Below, in pieces: positions 1 through 10,155 of a stretch of DNA of 64,000 nt. A program made the position numbers and the translations under genes. Under the pieces are notes generated by a model, which ran no database searches, was not told the DNA's origin, and saw nothing but the letters and a program-made list of their open reading frames with translations. How positions within the stretch are numbered: position 1 is the stretch's first letter; each line of letters starts with the position of its first letter. The stretch is from NCBI GenBank assembly GCA_963623095.1, contig CAVFKD010000001.1, positions 19,204 through 83,203 on the forward strand. Direction: 5' to 3'. This DNA is from a bacterium (lineage in GTDB: Bacteria; Bacillota_I; Bacilli_A; RFN20; CAG-449).

Positions 1-312
1 AGTTCCTGAATACATTGTATCTAATGACATATTAAAACCATCATTACAACCGGATATAACCATATCTATTTTAACTCCAAGACCAAATAATCCTACAATA
101 ACGCAGTTGACGGGTGTGGCATCTAATTTAAAATGATGATCATCTATTTTTTCAATATTAATCTCTCTTCCATAAACTAATGAAGATGATTTGCCGCTTT
201 GATGTTCTTTAGGCGCGACTACATATACATCACCATATTTTTTTAATTTTTCTTCAAGTAAAGTTATTCCTTCACTTCCATATCCATCATCATTAACTAA
301 TAAAAAGTTCAT
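1..312 (-). CDS. surE: 5'/3'-nucleotidase SurE, C-terminally truncated by window edge (N-terminal ~104 aa present)
   Basis: Minus-strand translation starts MNFLLVNDDGYGSEGI..., the SurE signature N-terminus (NDDG motif). Start codon at ~310-312 preceded by a GGAGG-like RBS. The ORF runs off the window start. Confidence 0.7.
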   Translation of the reverse strand, partial: MNFLLVNDDGYGSEGITLLEEKLKKYGDVYVVAPKEHQSGKSSSLVYGREINIEKIDDHHFKLDATPVNCVIVGLFGLGVKIDMVISGCNDGFNMSLDTMYSGT

Positions 313-344
313 AAATACCTCCAAAAAAAAGATTGTGTGAAACA

Positions 345-1106
345 CTAATCTTTAGCGTTCATACAATCTATAAAGTCATTTAAGAAATCATCCGCGGTAG
401 TATGTTCCAAACGAGACTTATACGCAAGAGAAATACGACCTGTTTCTTCAGATACTACAACAGTAACTGAATCAGATACTTCTGCGATACCTACTGCAGC
501 ACGGTGACGAGAACCATATTTACCTGCAAGAGCTCTTGTTGTTGGAGTATAGAAAACACTCGCGGCAATAATTTCTGTTCCAGAGATAACAACTGCACCA
601 TCGTGAAGTCTTGTTCCTGGATAGAAAATAGTAACTAATAATTCTTGTGATACTGGTGCGTTAATCTTAACACCATTTTTGATATCGATTTCTTCAGTTT
701 TTTCAAATGTCATTAAAGCACCTGTTTTTGTTCTAGAAAGTGTTTTAACTGTTTCTGCGATAATCTTATAGCAATCATCAACTGATTGTTTATCTTTAGA
801 AGATTCTTTTTTCTTATTTCTTAAGTTAGGATCTTTTTGAATGAAATAACGATATTCACTTGCATTGACGAATAAAGAAATAACACTTCCTATTACGAAT
901 ATTGCAAGTCCTGCATATGTTAATAAATTGAGTTGAAAGATAAATCCTAAAATAATTACTGCATACACTGTAGGGTAGAAAATCCAAGCAAAAATTTTGT
1001 TAACTTTTCTAACAGAAAATACTAAAACAATCGCGAATAAAATAATCGCAAATATTAAATCCAATATGGTATTTACTTGACTAAAGTCGACAACTAAAAA
1101 ATTCAT
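345..1106 (-). CDS. cdaA: Diadenylate cyclase CdaA (c-di-AMP synthase), N-terminal 3 TM helices + DAC domain
   Basis: DAC-domain motifs DGAVVI and RHRAAVGI. Three N-terminal hydrophobic helices. RBS GGGGAGTAGG upstream of ATG. Confidence 0.85.
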   Translation of the reverse strand: MNFLVVDFSQVNTILDLIFAIILFAIVLVFSVRKVNKIFAWIFYPTVYAVIILGFIFQLNLLTYAGLAIFVIGSVISLFVNASEYRYFIQKDPNLRNKKKESSKDKQSVDDCYKIIAETVKTLSRTKTGALMTFEKTEEIDIKNGVKINAPVSQELLVTIFYPGTRLHDGAVVISGTEIIAASVFYTPTTRALAGKYGSRHRAAVGIAEVSDSVTVVVSEETGRISLAYKSRLEHTTADDFLNDFIDCMNAKD

Positions 1107-1192
1107 TTTTTCCTACTCCCCACAAAAAAATGTTTAACTACGTTAATATAATATCATAGAAAATTATTGACTTAAAGTTAAAATCTATGATT

Positions 1193-1786
1193 TTATTGCA
1201 TTTTTGATAAAAAATCGATTAATTGGCGAGTTGCAATGCCTCTATGAGAGATTTCATTTTTCTCTTCATCAGTCATAACACTGAAAGAGACGTCTTTTCC
1301 GTTAGGTTTAAACATTGGATCATATCCAAATCCAAACTTGCCATATTGAGGCTCAATAATAGTTCCATCGCATCTTCCAACAAATAATTGTTTTTCGTTA
1401 TTTGGAAGATTGACAATAGATATTGCACATACATAATAAGCAGATTTATCTTCTTTGTCTTTAAGCATTTCTAAAATAGCTTTATGTTTTTCTTCATATG
1501 GACATCCTTCCATAAATCTTGCCGATTTAATGCCAGGGAAATCATTTAAAGCGCTGACGCATAAACCTGAATCATCTGCGATAACAATTTTAGAAGTATG
1601 AGATGCAACTGCCATAGCTTTAATCATTGAATTTTCTTGGAAAGTTGTACCATTTTCATCAATTTCGATGTTGATACCTTCATCTTTCATTGATGTAACT
1701 TCAATGTCAAAGTCTTTAAAAAGTTCTTTGTATTCACGGACTTTATCTTTATTGCCTGTTGCAATAACAATATTTAATTTTGCCAT
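1193..1786 (-). CDS. rdgB: Non-canonical purine NTP pyrophosphatase (RdgB/HAM1 family, dITP/XTPase)
   Basis: N-terminus IVIATGNKDKVREY and overall Ham1 family pattern. Length 197 aa is typical. Confidence 0.8.
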   Translation of the reverse strand: MAKLNIVIATGNKDKVREYKELFKDFDIEVTSMKDEGINIEIDENGTTFQENSMIKAMAVASHTSKIVIADDSGLCVSALNDFPGIKSARFMEGCPYEEKHKAILEMLKDKEDKSAYYVCAISIVNLPNNEKQLFVGRCDGTIIEPQYGKFGFGYDPMFKPNGKDVSFSVMTDEEKNEISHRGIATRQLIDFLSKMQ

Positions 1787-1794
1787 ATAACTCC

Positions 1795-2541
1795 TTAGAT
1801 TTCTTGAACGAAATCAACATATTCAAGTTTTGATATTTCTTGAATAAATTCTTTTCTATCTTTGTATTTAGAATTCTTATTCATAACTAGAACAATAGTA
1901 TAAACAGATAATCCAGAATTTGCATAAGCTGGATTATGTTCAACTGAAATAATATCAAGATTATCTTCTCTTGCTAAATGAATAAATGATTTTAAATTAG
2001 CTCTTGTTTCAAATTCGATATGGATTTCAAAGCATCCTTGTTTAGAAACACTGAATCTTTCAAATTTAGGTAAGAATGCAAGAACTAAGCAAATGACAAT
2101 GAACGCCAAAATAGATATAGTATAGAATCCACATCCAATACAAATTCCTAAGCAAGCTGCAACCCATAAACCAGCCGCAGTAGTAAGGCCTTTAATTTGT
2201 CCTCTTGATGTGAATAAAATTGTACCAGCACCTAAAAATCCAATTCCAGAAAGAACCGCTGCACCAAGTCTTGCCGCATCACCAGTACCAAATTGTTCAA
2301 TTAAGTATTGGTCTGCCATCATAACCATTGTTGCACCTAAACATACTAAAATGTAAGTTCTTAATCCTGCGGCATGTTTCTTTTTAGCTCTTTCCATACC
2401 AATGCAACCAGCCATTATAATAGCGAGCAATATTCTAACTATAACTGATAAAAAATCAATATTAGTTAATAATGCTCCACCAGTTCCATTAGTTATTTTA
2501 TCAAGCCATACACATATTGGATCAATTACTTTTGGTGTCAT
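1795..2541 (-). CDS. MgtC/SapB family membrane protein with C-terminal ACT-like domain
   Basis: Multi-TM N-terminal half with MgtC-like composition and a soluble C-terminal domain. Start re-assigned to the internal Met (MTPKV...), which is preceded by RBS AGGAGG and avoids overlap with the upstream gene. Confidence 0.6.
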   Translation of the reverse strand: MTPKVIDPICVWLDKITNGTGGALLTNIDFLSVIVRILLAIIMAGCIGMERAKKKHAAGLRTYILVCLGATMVMMADQYLIEQFGTGDAARLGAAVLSGIGFLGAGTILFTSRGQIKGLTTAAGLWVAACLGICIGCGFYTISILAFIVICLVLAFLPKFERFSVSKQGCFEIHIEFETRANLKSFIHLAREDNLDIISVEHNPAYANSGLSVYTIVLVMNKNSKYKDRKEFIQEISKLEYVDFVQEI

Positions 2542-2557
2542 AAAATACCTCCTGATA

Positions 2558-3316
2558 TTACTTAACAAATAAGCTTATAAGTTTTGAAGTAAGACTATTT
2601 GTATAAATAAATTTCGATAAAGAGAAGACACTTTCATCGTTTAAATATAAAGTTTTTGTCATCCATCCTGATACACCATCTAACCATTGGATATTTAACA
2701 TAAATAAGCTAGAAATACCAAATAATAATGCATCGATGATTAAGTACGCTAATGCGACCATTAAAACCAAACCACAAATTCTATTAATAGGACCTAAAAC
2801 AGGAACTTTATTAAACTTTTTAGCGATTCTCTTTAGTAGCATAAATATTATACCAAAAATAACCAAAAGTGCAATATAGCAAATTGCTATGAAACAGTAG
2901 TTAGTTAAGCCACATGAGAAGACATAACCTAAATTATGTGCATTATCAATATATGGATTCATCAATGTAATTAAGAAACTTGATAAGAAAGAAGGAAGAC
3001 TAAATGCATCTAAACCTTGCGCAACTAACGTTTCTTTGTTTGAATCTGTAACTATTACGCTAAACAAAAGACTATTCTTTTCAAATAATTTGCTAGAAAT
3101 GCCACTTTGCATCGCATCTCCCCATCCCCAGGATATAACTAAATTAGATAATGGACGGCATAAAGCAGTCGCTACAATAAATGTTAATAAACCAGTTGAC
3201 AAACTTAATAAAGAAGCTAAAAAGCCTTTTTTTAAGCCAACTATTGCGCTAATAATAAATAAAACAATAATAACTAATGAAATAATATCAAAATAAACAT
3301 TTCCTATATTAAACAT
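2558..3316 (-). CDS. CvpA-family (colicin V production-like) membrane protein
   Basis: Four or five TM helices with a CvpA-like N-terminus. ORF-track start is TTG. Chose internal ATG (MFNIGNVYF...) preceded by GGAGGT RBS. Confidence 0.5.
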   Translation of the reverse strand: MFNIGNVYFDIISLVIIVLFIISAIVGLKKGFLASLLSLSTGLLTFIVATALCRPLSNLVISWGWGDAMQSGISSKLFEKNSLLFSVIVTDSNKETLVAQGLDAFSLPSFLSSFLITLMNPYIDNAHNLGYVFSCGLTNYCFIAICYIALLVIFGIIFMLLKRIAKKFNKVPVLGPINRICGLVLMVALAYLIIDALLFGISSLFMLNIQWLDGVSGWMTKTLYLNDESVFSLSKFIYTNSLTSKLISLFVK

Positions 3317-3335
3317 ATTAATTTTACCTCCTATA

Positions 3336-6300
3336 TTAAAAGTCAAATAAAGACATTCTATTTGATTCAGGCAAGTCTTTTAACACGCCTAGTTTCTTTA
3401 AATTTTCAATGTTTTGCATTGAAAGTTTTGTTCTTCTAGATAAATCTTCGATTGACATAAATTCTTTCTTTTCTCTTTCATCTACAACGCTTTGTGCCGC
3501 AGGTGTACCTAAGTTATCCAAAGTATCAAATGGAGGAATAATACAATTATTCTCATGATCTACTCTAAATTTACCTGCAAGAGATTTATTTAAATCGATA
3601 TTAGATATCTTATATCCTCTTTCAACCATCTCAAGAGCGATATTTAATGTCTTTTCAATTTCTTCATCTTTTGGAGAAAGTTTACCTCCGCTAGTCTTAA
3701 TATTTTTATATTCTTCAAGACGAGTTGTAATTGCTTTTTCTCCTGATGACATTACTTTAATATCATATTGTTTACTACGAGTTGTAAAATAAACAGCATA
3801 ATATTCTAATGGATAATAAACCTTATACCAAGCAACTCTGCCCGCCATCATAACATAAGCAACCGCATGAGCTTTAGGGAATAAGTATTTAATCTTATTA
3901 CATGATGTAATATACCATTCAGGAACTTTATGTTCTCTTAATAAATCTTCATCTTCTGGTTTAAGCTTTTTACCTTTTCTTACTTGTTCCATCAATGTAA
4001 ATGATTTAACAGGTTCAACACCATAGTTTTGTAAACCAATCATAATATCATCACGGCAACCAATAACTTGTTGAATAGTACAAGTTCCATCATTAATTAA
4101 ATCTTGAGCGTTGCCATTCCAAACATCAGTACCATGGGATAGACCAGAAATAATAAGTAAATCCGCGAATGTTGAAGGGTTAGTGTCTTCAAGCATTTTT
4201 CTAACAAACGGAGTACCAAATTCTGGTAAACCTAATGCACCTGTTTTTTCTTGTAAATAGTTTGCATGACATTTTAATGCATCTCTTGAACTATATAATG
4301 AAATAACTTTTGTATCTGTATTAGGGACAGTCTTTGGATCAATACCAGTTAAGTCACCAAGCATTTTTAATGCAGTTGGGTCAACGTGTCCTAATAAGTC
4401 AAGTTTTAAGACATTATCATGAATTTTATGGAAGTCGAAGTGGGTTGTTTTCCATGCCGCGGATAAATCATCCGCAGGATATTGGATCGGTGTAAAATCA
4501 TAAACATCCATATCGGAAGGAATAACAATAATACCACCTGGATGTTGACCAGTTGTTCTTTTTACATCCATACAACCTAAAGATAATCTTGTTACTTCAG
4601 CATTTTTAACTTTTCGAGGATCCATTCCTAATGCTTCAAAATATCCTAATGCATATCCATAAGCGGTCTTTTCTGCGACCGTTTCAATAGTACCTGCACG
4701 ATAAACATTAGAAACACCTAATAAGGTTTTTGTTAAATCATGGGCTCTTGCTTGATATTCACCTGAGAAGTTTAAGTCAATATCAGGAACTTTTTCTGCG
4801 TGGAATCCTAAGAATGTTGCAAAAGGAATATTTTGTCCATCACGAACCATATCTTCTCCACAAATTGGGCAATTTTTTTGAGGTAAATCAAAACCTGAAC
4901 GATATTTTTTAGTATCGACATCCCATTCTTGATGGAAACATTTTGGGCAACGATAATGAGGTGGAAGAGGATTAACTTCTGTAATATCCGACATAGTCGC
5001 AACTAAAGAAGAACCAACACTACCTCTAGATCCAACCATGAATCCATCTTTGTTAGTTTGACGAACAATTTCACTCGCGATGTAATATTGAACAGTAAAT
5101 TTATATTTTAAAATACCATCTAATTCCGCGTTAAGTCGATCTTTAACTTGTTGAGGAACTGGATCTCCATACATTCTTTTTGCGTTATACCAAACTCTTT
5201 CAACTAACAATTTTGCATCATCTTTAATATGAGGTGGATATAATCTATCTTTAACCGGTAAAACTTCTTCGAATTGATCTGCTATTAAATTTGAATTAGT
5301 GACAACGATTTCTTTTGCGATATCTTTGCCTAAGAATTCAAATTGTCTTAACATTTCACCAGTTGTTCTAAATTGTTGATCAGGGTTTTCTACATCTATA
5401 CCATTTCTCATTAATTTTTCTCTTTTTCTAGAGAAATATAATGGGTGACGAGATCCTCCAACCGCTTTCGCGAGAATATAAACATCACGATAAATCTTAT
5501 CTTCTTGAGAAATATAATGGCAATCACCTGTTGCTACACAGATTTTACCAACCTTTTTAGAAGCATCATAAATATCTTTAATAATTCTTTGAACTACTTC
5601 CATTGATTCAATTTCTTGTAATTGAACATGTAATTTAAAATTTCCTGGAGGTTGAACTTCAATGAAATCATAAAATTCCATCTTCTTCATTAAATCAACT
5701 TCTGATTTATTTCTTGCAGTTTCAAATACTTCGCCATTTAAACAAGCAGAGCCAACAAGTAAGTTTTCACGGTATTCTTGAATTAACTTTCTAGGAATAC
5801 GTGGTGAACCTGCGAAATATTCAGTATTTGATAAAGAAACAAGTTTAAATAAAGCTTTTAAACCTGCCATATTTTTCGCGTATACAGTAACATGCATTGG
5901 TCTTAAATGCTTAAATAATTGATCATTGGTTAAGTTTTCTAATTCACTATGTTTCATAGATAAATTATTTTTAGTTAAACTTGCAAGCATTCCAGCCCAA
6001 GATTCTGCGAGAACCTTAGCATCGTAGTCCGCTCTATGGGCACCATGATCATCGCCTTCTGCTTCATCTCCACCATGATATTCAACTTCGTATTGACGAC
6101 ATAAACTACCTAAGTTATGAGATCTTAGTTCAGGGTATAAATATCTAAATAAAGGTAAGGTATCGATAACAGGATTTTTAATTTCTTCTTCATTATTTCT
6201 AATGCACATTTCATTTAAGAAGCCATAGTCAAATTGACCATTGTGCGCGACTAATATAGTATCTTTATCACCGATGAAATCTTTAATAATCTTTAAAGCT

Positions 6301-7700
6301 TCTTTCATCTTTAATTGACCTTTTAACATATCATCAGTAATATGTGTTAATTCTGAAATAGTTTTTGATAAAGGTCTTTCTGGGTCAATTAAAATATCGA
6401 TGGAATCAGTAATTAAACCATCTTTATATTTAACCGCACCAAATTCAATAACTGTATCATAACGCGCGGATAAACCAGTTGTTTCAAAGTCGAATACAAC
6501 ATATGTTGCGCTATTTAAGGAAATATCTGAAGGATTGAAAATATAAGTTAATTTATCATCAACCATATTCATTTCACAGCCGTATAATGCTTTAACGCCT
6601 GTTTTCTTACTTGCGGCTTGAGCATCAGGGAAAGCTTGAACATTTGTGTGGTCAGTAATCGCAACTGCCTTCATGCCCCATTTTTTTGCTTGAGCGAAAT
6701 ACTCATCAACTTTAGCTACTGAGTCCATTGTTGACATTTTAGTATGCGCGTGTAATTCAACTCTTTTTTCTTCTTCATCATCTATTCGTTCTGTATAGAA
6801 TTGACCTTCCATTTCGTTGATATAATCTGCGACTAAATGGATTTCTGGTTTTTGATTTTCTTTTCCTTTAGGTAAGAATTTATTTTGAACTGTACCTCTT
6901 ATTTTCAAATAAGCACCGTTCTTTTTATAAGTTTCCAATATTTCAGGAGTAAAGTTTCTTCTATTGCCAAAGATTGTAACTTCAATTGAATCAGAATGAT
7001 CATATACGTATAAAGTAACAATTTGTTTTCCTTTACGAGTAATAGTTTCATCCGCTTTAAAAACAATAGCTTCAATTTCTACATTCCCAGAATTTTCATC
7101 AAAATCTGCGATTTTTCCAGGAATATAATTTCCTTTAACTCTCTTAGTTGCATATGCATCATTAGGATTAAAAGAAGAAGCTTTTACTTGATAGGAAGAA
7201 GCAATCTTTTTTAATGCTTCTTCTTGAATTTTTTTCTTATCTACATCTTCTTTATAAACAATATCAGTTGTAATATCGTAATTAATATTTAAATCTGCGA
7301 GTAATTCTTCCCAAACTTCTAAAACATGTTTAAATGAATTAAATTGTAATGCACTGGAGAAAATGAATTTGATTTCATTTTTTAAAAATGTGCATTTAGG
7401 CATTTGGTTAACATCTGTGTTTGGAGTCGCTAAAAACTCCGCGAGGAGTAAGTTATAAACATCCTGCGCGGATACCATTTTATTATATTTAAAAGTAACA
7501 TTATTTCTAAATTTTGCATTGTTGACGCCATCTAATAATCTTTTTGCGTCTTCATACTTAAAAAGATAATCTTTAGTTATTTCAACATAACATATTTGAT
7601 TTTCTTTATCATTCTTTGTAACGCGAAAAGAACAATTGTTATATGGAGTAGGATCTACAATTCCTATCGAAGATAAAAATCTTTTAAATAAATCATCCAT
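3336..7700 (-). CDS. polC: DNA polymerase III alpha subunit, PolC type (Gram-positive), with 3'-5' exonuclease and PHP domains
   Basis: 1454 aa. Exonuclease motif VVFDFETTGL, PHP N-terminal motif ELHAHTKMS, and the Zn-finger pair CPKC...CPIC. RBS AGGAGGG 10 nt upstream. Confidence 0.95.
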   Translation of the reverse strand: MDDLFKRFLSSIGIVDPTPYNNCSFRVTKNDKENQICYVEITKDYLFKYEDAKRLLDGVNNAKFRNNVTFKYNKMVSAQDVYNLLLAEFLATPNTDVNQMPKCTFLKNEIKFIFSSALQFNSFKHVLEVWEELLADLNINYDITTDIVYKEDVDKKKIQEEALKKIASSYQVKASSFNPNDAYATKRVKGNYIPGKIADFDENSGNVEIEAIVFKADETITRKGKQIVTLYVYDHSDSIEVTIFGNRRNFTPEILETYKKNGAYLKIRGTVQNKFLPKGKENQKPEIHLVADYINEMEGQFYTERIDDEEEKRVELHAHTKMSTMDSVAKVDEYFAQAKKWGMKAVAITDHTNVQAFPDAQAASKKTGVKALYGCEMNMVDDKLTYIFNPSDISLNSATYVVFDFETTGLSARYDTVIEFGAVKYKDGLITDSIDILIDPERPLSKTISELTHITDDMLKGQLKMKEALKIIKDFIGDKDTILVAHNGQFDYGFLNEMCIRNNEEEIKNPVIDTLPLFRYLYPELRSHNLGSLCRQYEVEYHGGDEAEGDDHGAHRADYDAKVLAESWAGMLASLTKNNLSMKHSELENLTNDQLFKHLRPMHVTVYAKNMAGLKALFKLVSLSNTEYFAGSPRIPRKLIQEYRENLLVGSACLNGEVFETARNKSEVDLMKKMEFYDFIEVQPPGNFKLHVQLQEIESMEVVQRIIKDIYDASKKVGKICVATGDCHYISQEDKIYRDVYILAKAVGGSRHPLYFSRKREKLMRNGIDVENPDQQFRTTGEMLRQFEFLGKDIAKEIVVTNSNLIADQFEEVLPVKDRLYPPHIKDDAKLLVERVWYNAKRMYGDPVPQQVKDRLNAELDGILKYKFTVQYYIASEIVRQTNKDGFMVGSRGSVGSSLVATMSDITEVNPLPPHYRCPKCFHQEWDVDTKKYRSGFDLPQKNCPICGEDMVRDGQNIPFATFLGFHAEKVPDIDLNFSGEYQARAHDLTKTLLGVSNVYRAGTIETVAEKTAYGYALGYFEALGMDPRKVKNAEVTRLSLGCMDVKRTTGQHPGGIIVIPSDMDVYDFTPIQYPADDLSAAWKTTHFDFHKIHDNVLKLDLLGHVDPTALKMLGDLTGIDPKTVPNTDTKVISLYSSRDALKCHANYLQEKTGALGLPEFGTPFVRKMLEDTNPSTFADLLIISGLSHGTDVWNGNAQDLINDGTCTIQQVIGCRDDIMIGLQNYGVEPVKSFTLMEQVRKGKKLKPEDEDLLREHKVPEWYITSCNKIKYLFPKAHAVAYVMMAGRVAWYKVYYPLEYYAVYFTTRSKQYDIKVMSSGEKAITTRLEEYKNIKTSGGKLSPKDEEIEKTLNIALEMVERGYKISNIDLNKSLAGKFRVDHENNCIIPPFDTLDNLGTPAAQSVVDEREKKEFMSIEDLSRRTKLSMQNIENLKKLGVLKDLPESNRMSLFDF

Positions 7701-7722
7701 AAATTTTGTTCCCTCCTAAAAT

Positions 7723-8997
7723 TTAAATAAGAATAAAGAATAATTTTAATATGTCTTTACACGTAATTGCGATCATTAATCCGAATAATAAAACCATACC
7801 AATAAATGACATAATAGATTTAACTTTTGGATTAATGTCTCTTTTTGTAATGCCTTCAATAATACAAACAAGTAAATGCCATCCATCAAGTCCTGGGAAT
7901 GGTAATAGATTAACAACACCAAGGTTAATGCTAATTAAGCCCCAGAATAATAAGAAATAACCAAATCCCATTTGAGTCATTTGCATTTGTTGTTGTACAA
8001 TCGCAACTGGACCACCTAAGTTATTAAAACCAGTTCCAACAAATAATGAGCCAATTGCTTTAAAAATTGCGATAGAATATTCACCAAATGTAGTAAATGT
8101 ATTTTTTACTCTTTCACCAAAAGTAAAGCTTCTAGTTGGAGCAGAAATACCTAATTTATGCCAAGCATAAGTAGTAATAGTTGAACCATTTTCTTCTGTC
8201 TTGCTTTCTTCATAAGCTTTTACAGTAATTGTTTTTTCACTGCCATCTTCTAAAGTGAAGATATAAGTTTTTGTATCATCAAGTGATAAAGGTAAATATG
8301 TATTACCTGTCGCAGATAAATAATCTGCAGTGCCTCCTTTTGTATCTAAGCTACCTGGAGTAATTGTATATTCATATTCTGAAGGTAATGCTTTTCCATC
8401 TGCATCAATACTTCCACCTTCTAATGAAGTTTTAATTGTACCATCGTAAATAACTTTAATTTTTGAGAAAGTTGAATCACTTGTTAAACCTGATGCAAGG
8501 AAAGGTGAATCATCTGTATGAGATACTCCATCCGCATCAGTATAAGTAATTTGTGATGTAACTACGAAATTAGTTTTTGAATAATCCGCGGTTTTTGTAA
8601 AGCAATAACCAACGAATAATAATATTAAACCTAAGATGAAGTTTAATGTAACACCTGCGACCATAATGATCGCTCTTTTCCATTTTGCGACACCTTGTAA
8701 GAATCTATTCGCTGGAATGTTTTTTAATTCTTCAACATCTTCCATGCCTTCACCAGCCATGGCAACATATCCACCTAAAGGTAAACATCTAATTGAGATT
8801 TTTGTTTCTTTTGGTCTATTATGTTTTTTATTCATTCCCTTTGGTTTATGTTGATAAATCGCAGGACCAAATCCAATTGAGAATTCATCGCAATAAACAT
8901 CAAATAATTTTGCCATAGATAAATGGCCAAGTTCATGAATGCATACCAATACTGATAATGCGATTAGAAAGTAAATAATATTTAAAAATATTTGCAT
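7723..8997 (-). CDS. rseP: RIP site-2 metalloprotease RseP/RasP (peptidase M50)
   Basis: HELGH zinc motif in TM1 and a C-terminal LDGG-like motif (PGLDGWHL). Conserved position downstream of dxr (TAATG stop/start overlap). Confidence 0.85.
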   Translation of the reverse strand: MQIFLNIIYFLIALSVLVCIHELGHLSMAKLFDVYCDEFSIGFGPAIYQHKPKGMNKKHNRPKETKISIRCLPLGGYVAMAGEGMEDVEELKNIPANRFLQGVAKWKRAIIMVAGVTLNFILGLILLFVGYCFTKTADYSKTNFVVTSQITYTDADGVSHTDDSPFLASGLTSDSTFSKIKVIYDGTIKTSLEGGSIDADGKALPSEYEYTITPGSLDTKGGTADYLSATGNTYLPLSLDDTKTYIFTLEDGSEKTITVKAYEESKTEENGSTITTYAWHKLGISAPTRSFTFGERVKNTFTTFGEYSIAIFKAIGSLFVGTGFNNLGGPVAIVQQQMQMTQMGFGYFLLFWGLISINLGVVNLLPFPGLDGWHLLVCIIEGITKRDINPKVKSIMSFIGMVLLFGLMIAITCKDILKLFFILI

Positions 8998-10154
8998 TAT
9001 TTCTTTCTCCTTTCTATTTCTTCATTAACTAGTTTTCTAGTTATGTTATTAACTGAAATTAAATCTTCGATTGTTGGATTATTAATAACTTCATGTTTAT
9101 CCATCATAAGTCTAATCAATTCTTCAATTTCTATAAATGATATCTTTTCATCTAAGAAAGCATATACTGCTTCTTCATTCGCTGCATTAACAACACATGG
9201 CATAGTTCCACCAACTTTAATTGCTTCAAGCGCGTAATTTAAGCAAGGATATCTATTTGGATCTAGTTTTCTAAAGTGAATACTAGAAAAATCTTCTAAG
9301 TTTAAAGATTTTGTTTTAATTTGTTTACGATCCATTTCATATAAAGCATATGCAATAGGTACTTTCATATCGGCAGGTCCAAAATCTGCGAGATATGAAT
9401 TATCACAAAATTCAACAAGTGAATGAATGATTGATTCATCGTGTAATAAAACACTTATCTTTTCAATAGGTAAATGGAATAAATGATATGCTTCAATTAC
9501 TTCAAATCCCTTATTCATCATTGTCGCAGAATCTATGGTAATTTTTTGTCCCATAGACCATGATGGATGTTTTAATGCATCTTTTACAGTAACATTTTTT
9601 AATTCATCATGTTTCTTATCTCTAAAACTTCCTCCAGAAGCAGTAATGACTAATCTTTTAACTTCTTCTTTAGGCATATCTTTTAAACATTTCGCTAAAG
9701 CGACATGTTCAGAATCAATTGGATATAAATTAACGTGATATTCATCTAATAATTTGTTGATGATATCTCCTCCAACAACTAATGATTCTTTATTCGCTAA
9801 AGCTAAATCAATTTTGTTTTTAATTGTTTCAACACTTGGAATAAAACCAACAAATCCAACTAAAGCATTAACTACCATATCATAACGATACGCTTTAATT
9901 AAATCTAATAAGCCTTCATCACCATAAAAGAATTTAATGTGAGGAAACTTTTTTTCTAATTCATTTAAATGTTCATTTGAACCAATACAAGCGTATTTAA
10001 CACTTTCAAATTCATTTAACACTTCTATTAAGACATTAACTCTTTTACCAACGCTTATACCGATTAATTTAAAATCTGCAGGATTTTCTTTGATAAGTTC
10101 AAGAGTTTGACTTCCAATGGATCCACTTCCACCTAATAAACAAAGTTCTTTCAT
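8997..10154 (-). CDS. dxr: 1-deoxy-D-xylulose 5-phosphate reductoisomerase
   Basis: N-terminal NADPH motif LLGGSGSIGSQTL. Length 385 aa. Context cdsA-dxr-rseP. Confidence 0.9.
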   Translation of the reverse strand: MKELCLLGGSGSIGSQTLELIKENPADFKLIGISVGKRVNVLIEVLNEFESVKYACIGSNEHLNELEKKFPHIKFFYGDEGLLDLIKAYRYDMVVNALVGFVGFIPSVETIKNKIDLALANKESLVVGGDIINKLLDEYHVNLYPIDSEHVALAKCLKDMPKEEVKRLVITASGGSFRDKKHDELKNVTVKDALKHPSWSMGQKITIDSATMMNKGFEVIEAYHLFHLPIEKISVLLHDESIIHSLVEFCDNSYLADFGPADMKVPIAYALYEMDRKQIKTKSLNLEDFSSIHFRKLDPNRYPCLNYALEAIKVGGTMPCVVNAANEEAVYAFLDEKISFIEIEELIRLMMDKHEVINNPTIEDLISVNNITRKLVNEEIERRKK

Positions 10155-10155
10155 A

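Noticed and set aside
3036-3296. 86-aa plus-strand ORF inside the CvpA-like gene
   Set aside because: Lies entirely antisense within a better-supported membrane-protein gene. No RBS. Low-complexity translation typical of AT-rich antisense frames.
4730-5002. Small ORFs on both strands inside polC (4730-4912+, 4808-5002-, 7023-7214+)
   Set aside because: Embedded in the 1454-aa PolC reading frame, which has unmistakable family motifs. Spurious AT-rich frames.
7751-9738. Antisense ORFs within rseP and dxr (7751-7960+, 8636-8854+, 8992-9237+, 9535-9738+)
   Set aside because: Overlap well-supported conserved genes on the opposite strand. No RBS.
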